Part shown: piece by piece, positions 24,395 through 37,965 of the stretch
Position numbering within the stretch: position 1 is the stretch's first letter
How the letters are laid out: each line of letters starts with the position of its first letter
NCBI GenBank assembly: GCA_035084275.1
Contig: CM068745.1
Location: 58,652,001-58,716,000 of the forward strand
Direction: 5' to 3'
From: Hydrolagus colliei
Lineage: Eukaryota
DNA length: 64,000 nt
The notes under the pieces: generated by a model
Databases searched by the model: none
What the model was told of the DNA's origin: nothing
The model's input: the letters and a program-made list of their open reading frames with translations, nothing else
Made by a program: the position numbers and the translations under genes

Positions 24395-27300
24395 GTGAGT
24401 GTAGGCGAGACACACACACACACACACACACATGGGACTGGCTCACTTTAGCCCCCGGCCTCAGCACAAGCACCAGGCCCCGGCTACACCAGCCCCCCCT
24501 CCCCCTTCCCTTCCTCCTCCTCCCCCCTTCCCCCCTTCCCTTCCTCCTCCTCCCCCCTTCCCCCTCCTCATCCTCCCCCCCCCCCCCCCCCCCCCCCCCC
24601 CTCCTGCAGATACGGGCAGGTATCTGTCCCTCTGATCGGGATGGGGTGTGTGAAGCATCCTGTGTGAGACATCATTGCCCCTGTGGCTGATGCACCTCCT
24701 TTCCAAAATGTCATTTTGTTGTTCTCCAAACCTCCAACACATTTCTTCACCCAAATCAGTCTCGTTGCTTCGTGATATATGTAGATCTGCAGGATAAGTG
24801 CTTAGTTAGGGGTTCATATTCCATATTGGTGCAGTAAAACTCACAAGTTGTATATCAGATGCAAGGATTCTTATCATTGTAATACACCGGGACCGTAATT
24901 CTATATATGACTTATGCAAAGTCTGAGGTGTAGGCAAACTTGTATAAATCATATAGAATCCAATTAGCTTGCACTGCACATGCGTAATTCAGTGGAGCCG
25001 GTAAGTGTGCATGAGGTAATTCTTCACTGCAGCAGAAAAGTGCAGCAAAAGTGTCCTGCAATCCAATGTACCTTGACTAGACTTTCTCCTTCAATCATGC
25101 CTTTGGTCATTGGGCCTTTGGGCCCTCTGAGACCCATGTGAAGGGCGCTATACAAATGTACGTTGTTTGTTGAATTGTGCAGGTGATACCTTAGTCAATT
25201 TGCGTACAACACTGCCCAACAAACAGCCATGAAAGGTGTTTTCCTTGGTGATAACACAAGGAGAAACCTTCCTTTTTGAATTCAGTTGGAGTTCAAGTGA
25301 CTTCTTAATTGTGACAACAACATTCTTACAGTTTGAAATTGCTCAAGTCTCTCACTTTAAATTGTGATTGCATAGCTTGTAAAACTAACTTTTACGTTTC
25401 AGGGCTTCAACACGTTAAGTATCAAATAATTACTTGAAAAGCTTTTTCTCATATTAACAATTATGGCACTCACAAATGAAATAAGGTGAAGTAATGAAGC
25501 TCTTCACCAGTGTCCTGCTGTGGGTTTGTCTGCTGGTAGCTGTGCTGACTATCTGATTGCTAAATGCATGTTTCCTGAGCCTGAAGACATAAATATGCAT
25601 GTGAATCTATCATATCCTGTGTGTGCTCTTGACACAGCTGGTAAGTAAATTGAGCTGTGCAATAACAGAAAGGCGTTCTTATGTTTGCACTGCTTACTTG
25701 CCATTTAAGACTTTTGTGCGTGCCCAATAACATCAATTTAACAACAATAAAATTACATTTGTACAGCATCTTTTACATTGGGAGGAATAATAATAATCGC
25801 ATTTGATATAGCACTTTTCACATCTTCTAGTCGACTCCAAACGCTTCACAGAAAATACTGTAGAATGAGAATATTCAGAGCACTCACTTTGCAACTACAA
25901 CAAAATTACATTGTGAGATTCTCAATTGGGTTTCAGGAAAGGGATGACCCCGTTTAGCACACTGATGCACTAATTACTGATGGCATTTGTCAAGATGTTT
26001 ATGCACAAATAGAACATTTTAAGGTACAACATTAAAACCTTAAAGTGTTAGATTGACAGGGCTATTTGGCCCATCAAAACCTCTTCCTATACATCATGCA
26101 GAAACATTCTTATCTTGACTTCACACCACACACTGTATCAACATTTTGTTCTTGAATCACAACTTGCTCTGAGAACATGATGGGCTAAATGGCCTCCAGT
26201 GCTGCATTTCTGAGATTTCTGATGTTCATTGAGTCCCAAAGTTAATAAAGTCAGTAATCAGTGGGTTCACAATTGTAAGTCAAACCTGAGTACATTCCAT
26301 CTGTCGAGAGCAATCCAGTTCTTCCTTCTTTCAGCATTCATTGTGCTGTGTCCAATATACAGTAGTTCTCAAGCTGATATTTAACCAGATTTTTTTTTCC
26401 AGACAATCATTTATTTGTTGGAATCTATACCACATATCTACGCCTTTGTGTATAATTCTTTATTGTTTGTAGTCTTGCTGAAGGTTTTTGAATTTGAAAC
26501 TTTTTGAAGCTCTTTTATTACCAAAATCAAATAGCCTGCTTAGTCCTTCAGGTATACGACTCGTCCTTTGAATGGCTTGGATCAACTCTTTCTTCTCACG
26601 AGAAAAAGTATGGTCCCACGTGTATCAGCAAGAATACGCTTTGTAAACAAACTACAGTACTGTACGTACTGTACATAGTTAGTGTTGTCGCAGTGTTTAG
26701 GGTAAGAAAAGCCCTGTACACATTCCAGACAAAAAGAATGTCTGTGTCATTGTTGCATTTTAGACACACAAAAAACAAAGGTTGCTATTCTGATGTTACC
26801 CAGAGTTTGCCTCTTCTGTTTAATAATAATAATCCTTGCATTTGATATAGCGAGAATAAGGAAACTGGCCCAAGGTTTCACCCTGCTGGGAATCAAACCC
26901 AGGTCTCTTGCTTGGATGCATTGGGACATATTTGTATAGCGAAAGGCGCTACACAAATGTAATTTTGCTGTAGTTGCAAAGTGAGTGCTCTGAGCACTCC
27001 GCAGTGCTGTAATTGCATTGCAGAATATATTCGTCAACAATACATTGGATGGAAAAAGTGAAATGAATGCAGGAATTGATAGACAATCTAGCTGGTACAG
27101 ACATCTATTGGGGTGCAGTTGGCTGCGTCTGAGGTACATAGGCAATGAATGCAGATCGACTGATGTAGCATTTAACCTTTTAAATAAGTAGGATGATTTT
27201 TGTCTTTGTTTCGATGTGCTTGATGTTTATTGTGGAGAATCTGTACAAATATCAAACTATGATGAATTACACCTGTGGTAAACACACTTTTGCTGTTGAA

Positions 27301-29249
27301 GTTGCCTTACATTGAGCATTAGTTGATTGAAAGAAAATATGGTGGTAGTAAGTAAATTTCTCTCTGTGACAGCAAATTCTGAATTGTTTAGGGTACGTAC
27401 TTAATGCTATGGCATGATACACAGTTATAATGTAATTCTGATGATTCAAGCTAATATGTTTAATTATTTTTTATCAGACCCTAGTTTTACTTAGCTTAAA
27501 TAGTCTTGCTGCCTTTTTTGGTGTGACCATCTTGATAGGTGATATTACTGTTGAACAAACACTTTTTGGTGGAATTAAACACATCTATTATTGCATGAGT
27601 CAAATATAGGGTGCTGTTCTTTCATAGTGATCCGCAGCATATATCAATCGCACCCCCTAACATGTTAGTATAGCAATTTTAGTCTCTTATTGATGGGCAG
27701 TTCTGGAATTTTACTTATCAAAAATTATTAGTGGATTGCCCAGCTGTTAACTCATCTCATCTCATTCTGCTTTTTCCATACTCTTGAATATGACTTCTTC
27801 ATTTAGTTATCCTAATTCTCATTCATGTGGTATTGTATACTTAGCTTTACCAATTACAAATTTGCTTGTACCACAGTTGTGCCACAGATAGTACATGCAT
27901 GCAACTGAACCACTTTCTTCCTGTGTGCCGTCTGGCTTTTCGCTCTAAAATTGTTGACTTCCAGGTCGCAGGGTTGCCTCTGACATAACTTCCTGCTTTG
28001 CTGTTCACGCATAAAGCAGGAGGAGACTGGAGTTGCAAACTTCTGATTCATCAGATCACTGGTCACTTCATGTTTTGTGCATACACAGAAAATTAAAGTG
28101 ACATTTGTGGTAATTGATGAACCTGACTTTGGCCATTGGTTCTTTTAAATATGTGAATCTGAAGTGAGTTTTGTGCACAATGAAACCAGCCAATGTGTGT
28201 CTAGTGGCTTGGAATTTTATGTTTGCTAGGCACCATTCTAACATGGGTAAACTTAGAATGATCAAGCATTGTATACTCAATGAATCCTATGAATAATTTT
28301 TCTCACCTTTTTTCCTCTGCTGGTAATCATTATTATGTGTTGACATTTTACTCATTCATCAATCAGTTGAACTTGTTTTTTCTATTTACTCCTATCAAAA
28401 CATTTATGATTTTGAACACCTCTTTGATTTTCTTTCTTCCTCCCCAAGTTTCTCTTGTGGTAAAAGGGGCTGGACATATCAAATTTCTCCACATACTTTA
28501 TTTGTCCACAAAATATAGTCACTCCATTTTACAGGATATCCTTGTTTTGAGAGATCCCCCCCACGTTAAAGGCACTGTATCAGATGTAAGGATTAGTAGT
28601 ATTATTACAGTATAACTATCATCTTTGATTCCTGGTTTCCCTTAGTGAATTTCCACTGTGCCTACTCCATGACTGATGAGCAATGACTTTTCCATAATGG
28701 GAGGAGGCGAAACTGCATGCAATAATGCAATTGAAACACAATATCTTCTACAAATTTTGCATTGCTTTCCTCAGGACTTGTGAGTGCTGCACTGTCAAAG
28801 ATGTGGCAATATTAGTGTAAATTGCTGCTAGTACATTTAGCTCTGAGGCTATCAAAATTGTGATTCCCTCAAGATATTGTTGTATTTGATGAAATAATAA
28901 CTTGGTCACCCAATTTACAATTATTTGTGGGAAACTGTCATGCGCAATTGGCTACCACCCAGAAAGTACACAGTAACTACACTTTACAATATATTCTGTG
29001 AAGCGCTTTGAGACGTCTCATCCTCCCTAAGGATTAGTATTATTATTGAATGTTTGGGTCGAATAATTGAAGTCATAATTTAGCATAAATGGAATACATT
29101 TGATTTTAAGTATAGCAGAGTATAGTGTTTTAAATATGCAGATTTGCTGGACCTATGTGCTTTGTTAATGTTTCCTGAACAGTTTTGGATTTTTTCTTAC
29201 GTATATTTAACTGAAATACTATAAGATTAAGGACTATTAGACCATCATG

Positions 29250-29570
29250 ATCACTCACCTTGCAAACGAGAGAGCTGGGTTTGATTTGCAGCAGGTTTAA
29301 ATGTTGGACCAGTTTCCTTATTCTACACGCCTTTGTTTACCTAGCAGTAAGTAATTCATTGGTATTTTGCTTTACCAGCCGTAATAATTCCTTTAAAAAA
29401 AATGAATTGGTCACTTCAATCCACAACTATTTGTGAGACACTGCTGTGCACAATTGGCTGCCGAGTTTTTCGCACAAAAATAGTCGATTCACTTTACAAT
29501 ATATTCTGTGAAGTGCTTTGAGATGCCTCGAAAACGTGTTAAAGCGCTATTATCAGGTTATTATTATTGT
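29250..29570 (+). mobile_element. tRNA-headed Deu-tail SINE in ARGLU1 intron 1
   Basis: CACTCACCTTGCAAACGAGAGAGCTGGGTTTG head, GAGACACTGCTGTGCACAATTGGCTGCC body, AAAGCGCTATT..ATTATT tail. Further fragments lie near 25790, 26820, 28900 and 29865. Confidence 0.75.
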
Positions 29571-30287
29571 TACTTATTACTCTCATGAGAGGAATTTCAC
29601 TCTTGCTAATCTGGTAATTAGTTCTGAAATTGTGCTATTATGAGGAAAAACAAATTAATGTGAATAATTATCCAGGTGACACATTGCAGTTCCAAGAGAT
29701 TCTTCCATGTCTTTCAAATGCAAGGATTATCCTAACCAGTTACCTCAAGACCACACCTTACTCTGACACAACTGAAACAAGTATACAGTTGGCTTTCCTA
29801 CTCTCCTTCCCCTTACCCTGACCCCTCACCATCTTCCCCCCCCTTTTCCCCTAATCCCACTTCCATGACTGTTTGTGGGACACTGCTGTCCGCAATTTGG
29901 CTGCCACATTTCGCCCACAGGTATACAGTCAATTTTCCTACTCTTCATCCTTTCCCGACCCCTCCCTCCCTGCTCTTGAACTTAGCTTTTCTGGGTAACC
30001 GGAATATTGCATTAAAGAAGGTAGTGTATCTATATCTCGACATAGTTTGAATCTGAATTGATTTTCTACCTTAAATTGCACTTTTGAGAAAGTGCTGTAA
30101 TATTTCACAATATCACTGTCATGAACAATAGCAATGTAATTTGGCAGCTCAACACTGATTTGCTTATGAGGTTTATCAAATCCTTGATGGCTTTGAAAAA
30201 ATCAGTTTGAGATTATGGTGAATTCTTATTCTACCAGATTCTACCAGATGAGCCAATTTTAGCAACGCTAGGGAAATGCTTCATTGC

Positions 30288-30470
30288 AGGAGGTGGCATT
30301 GTTTGGGTGAGATGTTGAAACTGGTCTGGTTTTCACTTTCAGATGTTAAAGATCCCATAAAATTATAGAGAAGGGAATTTCTCCTGTTGCCTTGGCCAGA
30401 AAACTTCCAGATAACACTGTCAATCACATTACATTACAGTGCTCAAATTGGCTTCCATGTTTTCCTACAA
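30288..30470 (+). mobile_element. Ancient SacSINE1/AmnSINE1-like Deu-domain fragment
   Basis: GGAGGTGGCATTGTTTGGGTGAGATGTTGAAAC...AAAGATCCCAT...CCTTGGCCA...CAAATTGGCTTCCATGTTTTCCTACA resembles the recalled DeuSINE consensus. Confidence 0.55.
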
Positions 30471-30814
30471 ATATATACAACTTATGGGCAGGTGATTAGT
30501 TCCCAGGTCACTAGCTGTCATGTTTTCTGACTGGACACTGGGTTATGTGCAAGAGTAGTCTGCAGTCTCTAGACACCTTTTCTTTCTTCAGCCACTTCAC
30601 TTCGATTTTTACAGAGACAAAAAATGTGGCTGATTTTTACAGAGACAAGAATTGGGTTGATATAACTACTTTTAGGCGTAATCACTATACTGAAGCTAAT
30701 TCAAGAAACTGTTAGGTTAATATCTGTGACAATGTATTAATGTATTGGCATCAATAATAAAGAATGAAATAATTAAATATCTTGATGCTGAATAAATATC
30801 ATCAAATAAATAAC

Positions 30815-31030
30815 CAATATAGGTTTCTAGAAGGAAGGTCGTGCTTGACCAACCTTATTGAATTTTTGAAGACAACAAATGTAGCAAAGAAAAAGGATCA
30901 TGTCTGACATCAGGACTTGGGAAGGTAGCAGAATGGATTGGCTAGAAAATAAAGAACAACTTCTTAGACTGGCTGTAAACGATGTTCATAGGGATACAAT
31001 CGTATACTCGTGACTGCTCATCATCTATGT
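30815..31030 (+). mobile_element. Degraded CR1 RT fragment
   Basis: GGTTTCTAGAAGGAAGGTCGTGCTTGACCAACCTTATTGAATTTTT encodes GRSCLTNLIEF, a CR1 ORF2 motif. Confidence 0.65.
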
Positions 31031-34000
31031 GCATTTGTGTGTGTGTGATTCTGATATTAAGTTAAGAGTAGTTGCACCTGCAATGTTTATTAATAGGTTT
31101 GATTTCATAATTATCACATTAAATCAGTTTAAACATTCCCATTTTCTTTGCCTTGTTGCATTTTGTAACCTATTGCAGCTTACCTTGTTACGGTGAGGTT
31201 TTTATTACGTCTGTACAGATGTATAAGATTTAACATTACAGATGATTAATCCTCTGTCCATTACCCCTTTTTGGCCCCTACTCTCAGAATACCTTCTCTG
31301 TTCCCTCCTTTTTATTAGTTACAGCTGTTTTTTGTGCTACACCTGTCCTCTATTGACCTTCGATTCTTGGCAGTCACCCAAATTACTATCCAATTCCCTC
31401 AACTTCCCTTGATGTTGGAGCCTGGGCCTCACCCAATAAAGTACCCTCTTTTACTGCCTCCCATAACAGTCCTTAGGTATATTTGATGTACTGTGCATCC
31501 TTTATGGTAGATTGTTACTTTATTTTCAAGCATCCAATTTGATTCCTCAATATCTTCCAGTGTGGTGTATTTCAACTATGATACTTTATACTTTTTTATT
31601 TTTGGTTCCATTATTCTATAATTATTATATTTTAGAAACTCTTAAATGCTGACCTATGCGAATGAAAAAATCTCAAGCAGATTTAGCACATTAAGATGCT
31701 GTTGACTCAAGTGGCTCAATTCCATATTTAATTATGAGGTAATTATAGAAAATGTTAGAGAACCTTTTTATATGGAACAAAATATTATATGGGCAAAAAT
31801 GTGGATAAGATACCAAGACTGTTCGCTATCATAACAATGTTTTAAAGTTCTTTTAACTTGTTGTTTTCTCCTCTCCTGAATACAGCATTTGACTTTTTTC
31901 CTTCCATTGTTGCTTTCCACATATGATTAGCCTCATGGAATCTTTCTCTGAGTGATGGTTGTGGTGATGGGGACAAGAGGGTGAGAAAAATAAGTATTTT
32001 TTCAGCAGAGTCTCTGGTTAGCAATCAGGAATAGGCCAATATATGGAATTCAACCTAATTATATTTATTTTAAAATTTACTGTAAAATATAACCATATAA
32101 CATTTATATGGTTGCTCAGATTATTTCAATACTACTACTTGCACTAGTAACAGTAATGCCCCTAGTAATGCAGAAGAATGATTGCACCTTAAACATTGTT
32201 CTTTTGTCATTGCTGGATGTTGTGGTTTTGGTTTTCATCCACTTTGAGGAATGTTTTATGTCATATGTATATTGAATTGTTGAGTATGTAAATTATATAA
32301 TTCAATATATTGAGTACATGTAATTTTTGGAACCTAACATGTCCCCATAGACTTATGTCTCAAGTAATAAACATAAAGTAATAAATTAGAAACCATTGCA
32401 ATTTAAAAAAAGTAACGATGGTGTTTCTACATGGAAAGCTTGAATACATTTGTAACATTTGTCCAATTTAACATTCATTGGTTTTGTTTGGTGTTTGTGA
32501 TTTTACGTTTACTTTTAGATATCCATTGATTACTGTTTGAATCCTGAAAACAGAAGTAGTTGACCCTATTTGCAGCAACAGTATAATAGCCCTTTCATTT
32601 GTGTTTATATTCAAAGTGTTGCAGTAAAATAATATAACTTAAGAATTTAAGGTGCTACCTTGCAGTTGTGAATGAAATATAAGAGTGTGCATACTGAAAA
32701 AAAACAAAATTTCGTACTGTCCAGATATAGTAGTAGTGGATTTCATTCTGCTGACTTGCAGGCTGTAGTTCAAAAAAATACAACTTCAGACATTGCGCAG
32801 AAATATTTTACCTCAACATAATTTGATTTATGATGTATGAATAGAAATGAGGGTTTTTCCAAAATGGAATTTTGCAGTTTAAGATATGTTGACTACACTA
32901 CATTATGTTGCAATTGATTGATTATAATTGATGCTGCCTATTAGGCTGATAATGTAACTCATCTGAAGACCTGTATTAGTATAAATGGCTGCATAATCCA
33001 TCTGCTTCTCCACATGAAAGGAGTGTAGGTGATAGGAGACTGTAACCTACAGTTATTTCAAGAAAGATAGTGAGAGTAAAAACTTATTGTCTTATGTGAC
33101 ACCTTGCATGTACGATAACATTTTGATGCAATTCAAGCATTTCAGAAAGGCTTTTAAATCCCAGAAATTTTGGTATTTCATCCAAGTGAGGTCCTTGTGG
33201 CTGTGCTACATCGATGATAGTGAGGCTGTCCACCCTCTGATTTCCTACAGAATCACTCCCTCCTGGGACTGCAGGAGGTCAGAAAATGGAGCAAGAGCAT
33301 GGAGGTATTTCAATGTTAGAATGAGGATCCTAAAGTTGATTAACTTAAAAATAAAGAGCCAGTGCATCCTGGCAAGGGTGGTGTGATGCACTTGTGGGGC
33401 ATGACATTAAAATTCTTAAACTTATGGTCCTTGAGCATTGTATATTTTGCCTTCCATGGGCTACGGTTGCACCACTTGTGAAAAAATATATAAAAATTTT
33501 GCATTCTTTTTGAATTTCCAGAATCATTATTTTGCAAACCTTTGTCAGTACTTTGATATGTTTACATAGTTGGTTAACTTGCAGTTCTGGTATGGTGCAT
33601 AAAGAGAAAAATTAGGAAAAGCCTGGAAAACTTCCACTTCAGTTTTTAAAAACAAATTTTCCCAAGTATAAAACTAACTTTTATTTATTGTTATCATGAA
33701 ATTGTGTACCTAATAGGCAGAATTACCTGAATAGACAGAACTACGCTCATTTGTGACAGAAATTATTTTAGAATGATGATGTGATCTAGATCCATTTTCA
33801 AAAACCTTTATGCAATTCCATCAGCTAGCCTCCAGAGAGAATAGATAACCATTCTATTGTTGGTGATTCTGTTGGAGTCAGTGACCGAATGCCCATTCCT
33901 GTCAGATTTCCATTCGTTATGTTCAGCCATTGAGTCAAATAAAAATTTCTGTTGAAACCATGGGTTATTATATAGTAAATTAGGTTTTCTGTTGAAACCA

Positions 34001-34639
34001 TGGGTTATTATATAGTAAATTAGGTTTTTAATTAATGAGAACATCACAACAATTTAGCATGACACACTGAAATAGAAAACAGTTCAGGTGTACTATTGGT
34101 GTACAATGGATTTGACCTACTTGAAATCTAGAGCAATTTTGAGAATCTACATTGTCTGATTACATTAAGTAGTGTAGATCTGCTGTTACCAAATGTAATG
34201 GGGGGAAAAATGCCACTTGGTAAATTTGTCAATGTTGGCATTATTCTCTGGTTTTTGATCAGTTTATCAAACAGCAGTGAATAATGTTTGCTAAAATTAA
34301 TATAATTACTCAGGTATTGTTTCACAGGCGATGGTCATCCTTGAGCACCTTGCCAAAACTGCTGTTGTTAATGTACAAGCCTTGACGGTTTGTGCCTAGC
34401 TCACTGCTTACTTGGCTTTTTATATAAGCTGATAATATGACTTGTTTTCTTATTTGACTAATTTTTCTATGACTGAAAGAGACTGCATAGTGTGAAATTC
34501 TGCTTGGAAATTACTGAGGAATAAAGTGAATTAAAAAAAAAAAATTCTACCAGTAATTACTTGCTGAATTGTTCAAGAAAAACACACATTTGCTTTATTC
34601 AATGAAGCCTATTTACTTTATTCTGTTCATCTATTTTAG

Positions 34640-34865
34640 CCGGCAGCAGGAAATAGAAGAAAAGCTTATTGAAGAAGAGACTGCAAGGAGAGTGGAAGAA
34701 CTTGTGGCGAAACGTGTAGAAGAAGAACTTGAGAAACGGAAAGATGAGATTGAGCGTGAGGTGCTCAGGCGAGTCGAAGAGGCTAAGCGCATTATGGAAA
34801 AGCAGCTGTTGGAGGAGCTTGAGCGACAGCGACACGCTGAGCTTGCTGCACAGAAAGCCAGAGAG
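34640..34865 (+). CDS. ARGLU1: ARGLU1 coding exon 2 (226 nt)
   Basis: Acceptor TTTTAG|C completes the Ile codon; [75 protein letters not shown]; donor GAG|GTAACG at 34866. Confidence 0.97.
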
Positions 34866-37299
34866 GTAACGCTCAATCGTTGGAAAAGCAAACGACAGTC
34901 CATGGCAAAACTTTCAGTCATAATCAATGGTCACCACTTAATCATCATCGTTAGATGGAATCGGAATGATCTCTTCCCTTTTCCAGCAGCCTGCAATATA
35001 ACAATATGTTCTTCTTTTAAAAGTTGCATTTCTTTTGATGTACACATAATCTACACTTTAAACATCATAATAGTATAAGATGCTGAATGTACTATTTCAT
35101 TAGACTACATCAAGCATTGTTCTGTGACGTTTGCTGTTTAAATTTAAAGAATTTGGGGGCAAATAGTACTAATAATGCACCAGACTATCAGTACATGTTG
35201 AAAATCTCTTTCCACACTTTAGTTCAATTGAAACTTTTGCCATGGCTGCAGACTTTTAATTACTTAACCGTGCAAAAATCTTTTTTTACGGCTGTTTGAT
35301 CTAACAATTTGCCCTTCATTTGTATAATCACGCTGTATTCCATCCTGTCTCAAGTGACTTTGTCTTCCTTTCGCTGAAGCAGGGCAAAGTATCTGCGCTG
35401 AAATGCCTGCTTTGGGCAAGTGGTCTTTTTTTAATGTCCAGTCTAAATTAGATTAAGACGGGGTAACTTGATCATTAGGAATCTGACATCAGCCTCCATT
35501 TTATTCAAAGGAGCCTTGTGGGACTGGAACCAGTCCGTTGTAATCTACCACCAGCGTTTAGTTATAAGTACCTTTTCCTCCCAAGAGAATTATTGATGAT
35601 TGGTGAGTCCAGACTGAATGTGAAGCTAGATGTCCTGTATTTTTTAAGCTTGTTGAACAAGAAGCTGAAAAATGTCTTCCTGTGAAATAGTGATTTGCTA
35701 CTATATTGAGTTTTGCTGACACTCATCACCTCTGGTTTCTGAAATGAAATACTCAAAAGTCTTGCAGTGCAGTGTTTAGCCATCCATAACAACTTCCCCA
35801 AATCTAACATTAACCCTTTGACCATTGAATTTCCTAGTAGTTTCCCAATCTACACTTTTTTGTCACTTTTTTTTATAAATGCGGTTGTACATTTCTAATG
35901 CTGGACATCATTTTATAGAATTAGAAAAATGTGAAGAGACCAAATATTGCTTCATTTGCAATATTCCAAGAAGAAAATTAAATGTGAGTTTTTATTTTCA
36001 GCACAATCATTTTGCAAAGACTTCAAAGGGTTAGTGATTAGTTCATATTTTTATTGCTGTTAATATCATACCAGCTATAATTTTACAAGTAACATCACCT
36101 GCATTTTTGGCTACATTGACCTAAAATCTATTTTGCAAGTTTCATAACTATAAGGTTCCCAAAATTAACGTGCAATTACACGTTCGTCTGCAGAAGTTAA
36201 GCGAAGGAACATTAATGGTGTTTAGTTTGTCTGTTGGAATCAAAGACTTATTTTCATTTCAGAATGCTATATCTATTGTCTTAAAGGGAGAACCCACTTT
36301 TTCCTCTTTACATTTAATGTAGACACTAGCATCATAGAGTTTTAGGAAATTAATGAAAAGTTGATGTATGTGCTATTTTTCTAAAACTGAAGCGCCTTTA
36401 GAGTGACTACATTATTCTACTGTATTATACATTGTATTGCAGTCAGTGCTTTTTTATGTGCTTTAATTTAGTTTTGTTTTCACACACTTATCTAAGCCAG
36501 ACTTGTAAAGTATTCAGAGTGTATTGATTATAACATACTGTAAAATAATGACTATTGTATTATGATTTGCACTCTTACTTGCTTGTATTCAGATTATTTA
36601 AAATTCCAGGGTTGATGTGTGTCAGCTTGTAGCATGTTACTGATCAGAGTAAGATTTTTTTCTCTTTAATGTATCTACCAATAGCTTTGCTTGGCTTCAT
36701 GTTAACATTGTCATCCAACAGACAAGGAGTATATTTTCAGGTCCGTTCACAGTACTGAAAACTTCATTTTTCCGTTCTGGGCACGTTGCAGATTGTTTAA
36801 TTTCAAGTACTGGAGAGGCATTCTATTTCCATTCGGGTTCTGGTTTATAAAATGGGATGGTCTGTGGACAGATTGGAATTCAGAGTTGTGACACTAAATT
36901 TGTCACTGTATCTAGAGACATGACACAAGCTCAATATAAAGTAGACAATATGGTTTTAGGAAGTCAGTCTAGTTTATTCAGTGAATGAATGCCTGTTGGA
37001 CTTGTAGAACAGCAAATAATTCCTCAGGAAAGTTATTGGGTAATTAGCAGCTTTTAATGACGTCTCCATGTTGTACCATGGTTTGGCGCCCTCACCAATT
37101 AGTCTAGTGACTGCAGACTCTGATATGATGAAGGTACGTGTTCTCAGAACGGAACAAATCATCATTTCTTCCTACTGTGAAAGAGGTCCTCAGTTCCACA
37201 AAAGGATCAATTGAAGTTTGTATTTTTCACTAACAGTAAATGTATCTTTCTTATTAATTGTTTGCCTTAGGAATGGTGATTTATATTGTTTCTTCTTAC

Positions 37300-37545
37300 C
37301 GTAAACATCTGCATTCCTCAGCTCAGCCTGCGTTGTGTTGTGTTTCTTGTTATTGGCTGAGCTGCTGATGCAGGTGTTGCCAAGCTAACAGTACAAATCA
37401 GTTTAAAGAGGAAGCTGGCGCATATGGCAGCCGAGGAGCACACTCTGCAGGACACTGGACGAGACAGTAAATATTCAACTTTTAATGCTGATTAATGGAG
37501 TTATAGGTAAAGAATACGTAGGTATTTGTAATTGGTGAGAAAAAT
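37300..37545 (+). promoter_or_regulatory. ARGLU1: Putative ARGLU1 intron-2 conserved splicing-control element with poison/decoy exon
   Basis: Candidate acceptors before 37411 and 37451, branch-like CTAAC at 37385-37389, GT donors at 37507/37518/37522/37528/37535; both exon starts give in-frame TAA. The position matches the known mammalian ARGLU1 intron-2 ultraconserved element. Confidence 0.75.
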
Positions 37546-37881
37546 CTATTCATTTTATTTTATTTTTTTATTAATGTAATGGATAATGTTTCTGTAGCTG
37601 TTGTTGTATTATGTGTGCTTTAAAACAATTCAGTAATAACTATCAGCAAACCTGACTAAAGAGGGTTTGGATCATTGCTGTTTGAGGGCTGGGAGGGGTG
37701 AATTAAACCCAGAAAGAGTTTAAGTAGGGGCAAAATAGTTCACATGAATGATTGGCAATAAAAGGTGGCTGTCTTGGGCATAGTCAGAGCAAGAAAAATA
37801 TACTAAAGGGAAGAAACAGCTAGTCTAGATACAATTTTAAAGTAGCTTCTTTCTTTTAACATTTCATTGTCTCCTACTTAG

Positions 37882-37965
37882 GAGGAAGAACGAGCTAAAC
37901 GAGAAGAACTTGAGCGAATATTGGAAGAAAATAATCGAAAAATAGCAGAAGCTCAGGCTAAATTG
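37882..37965 (+). CDS. ARGLU1: ARGLU1 coding exon 3 (84 nt)
   Basis: Acceptor CTACTTAG|GAG; EEERAKREELERILEENNRKIAEAQAKL; donor TTG|GTAAGT at 37966. Confidence 0.97.

Noticed and set aside
23751-24473. Antisense and alternative-frame ORFs over ARGLU1 exon 1
   Set aside because: Shadows of a GC-rich, low-complexity coding exon.
34569-35078. 169-aa ORF as a separate gene
   Set aside because: It is ARGLU1 exon 2 plus in-frame intronic flanks.
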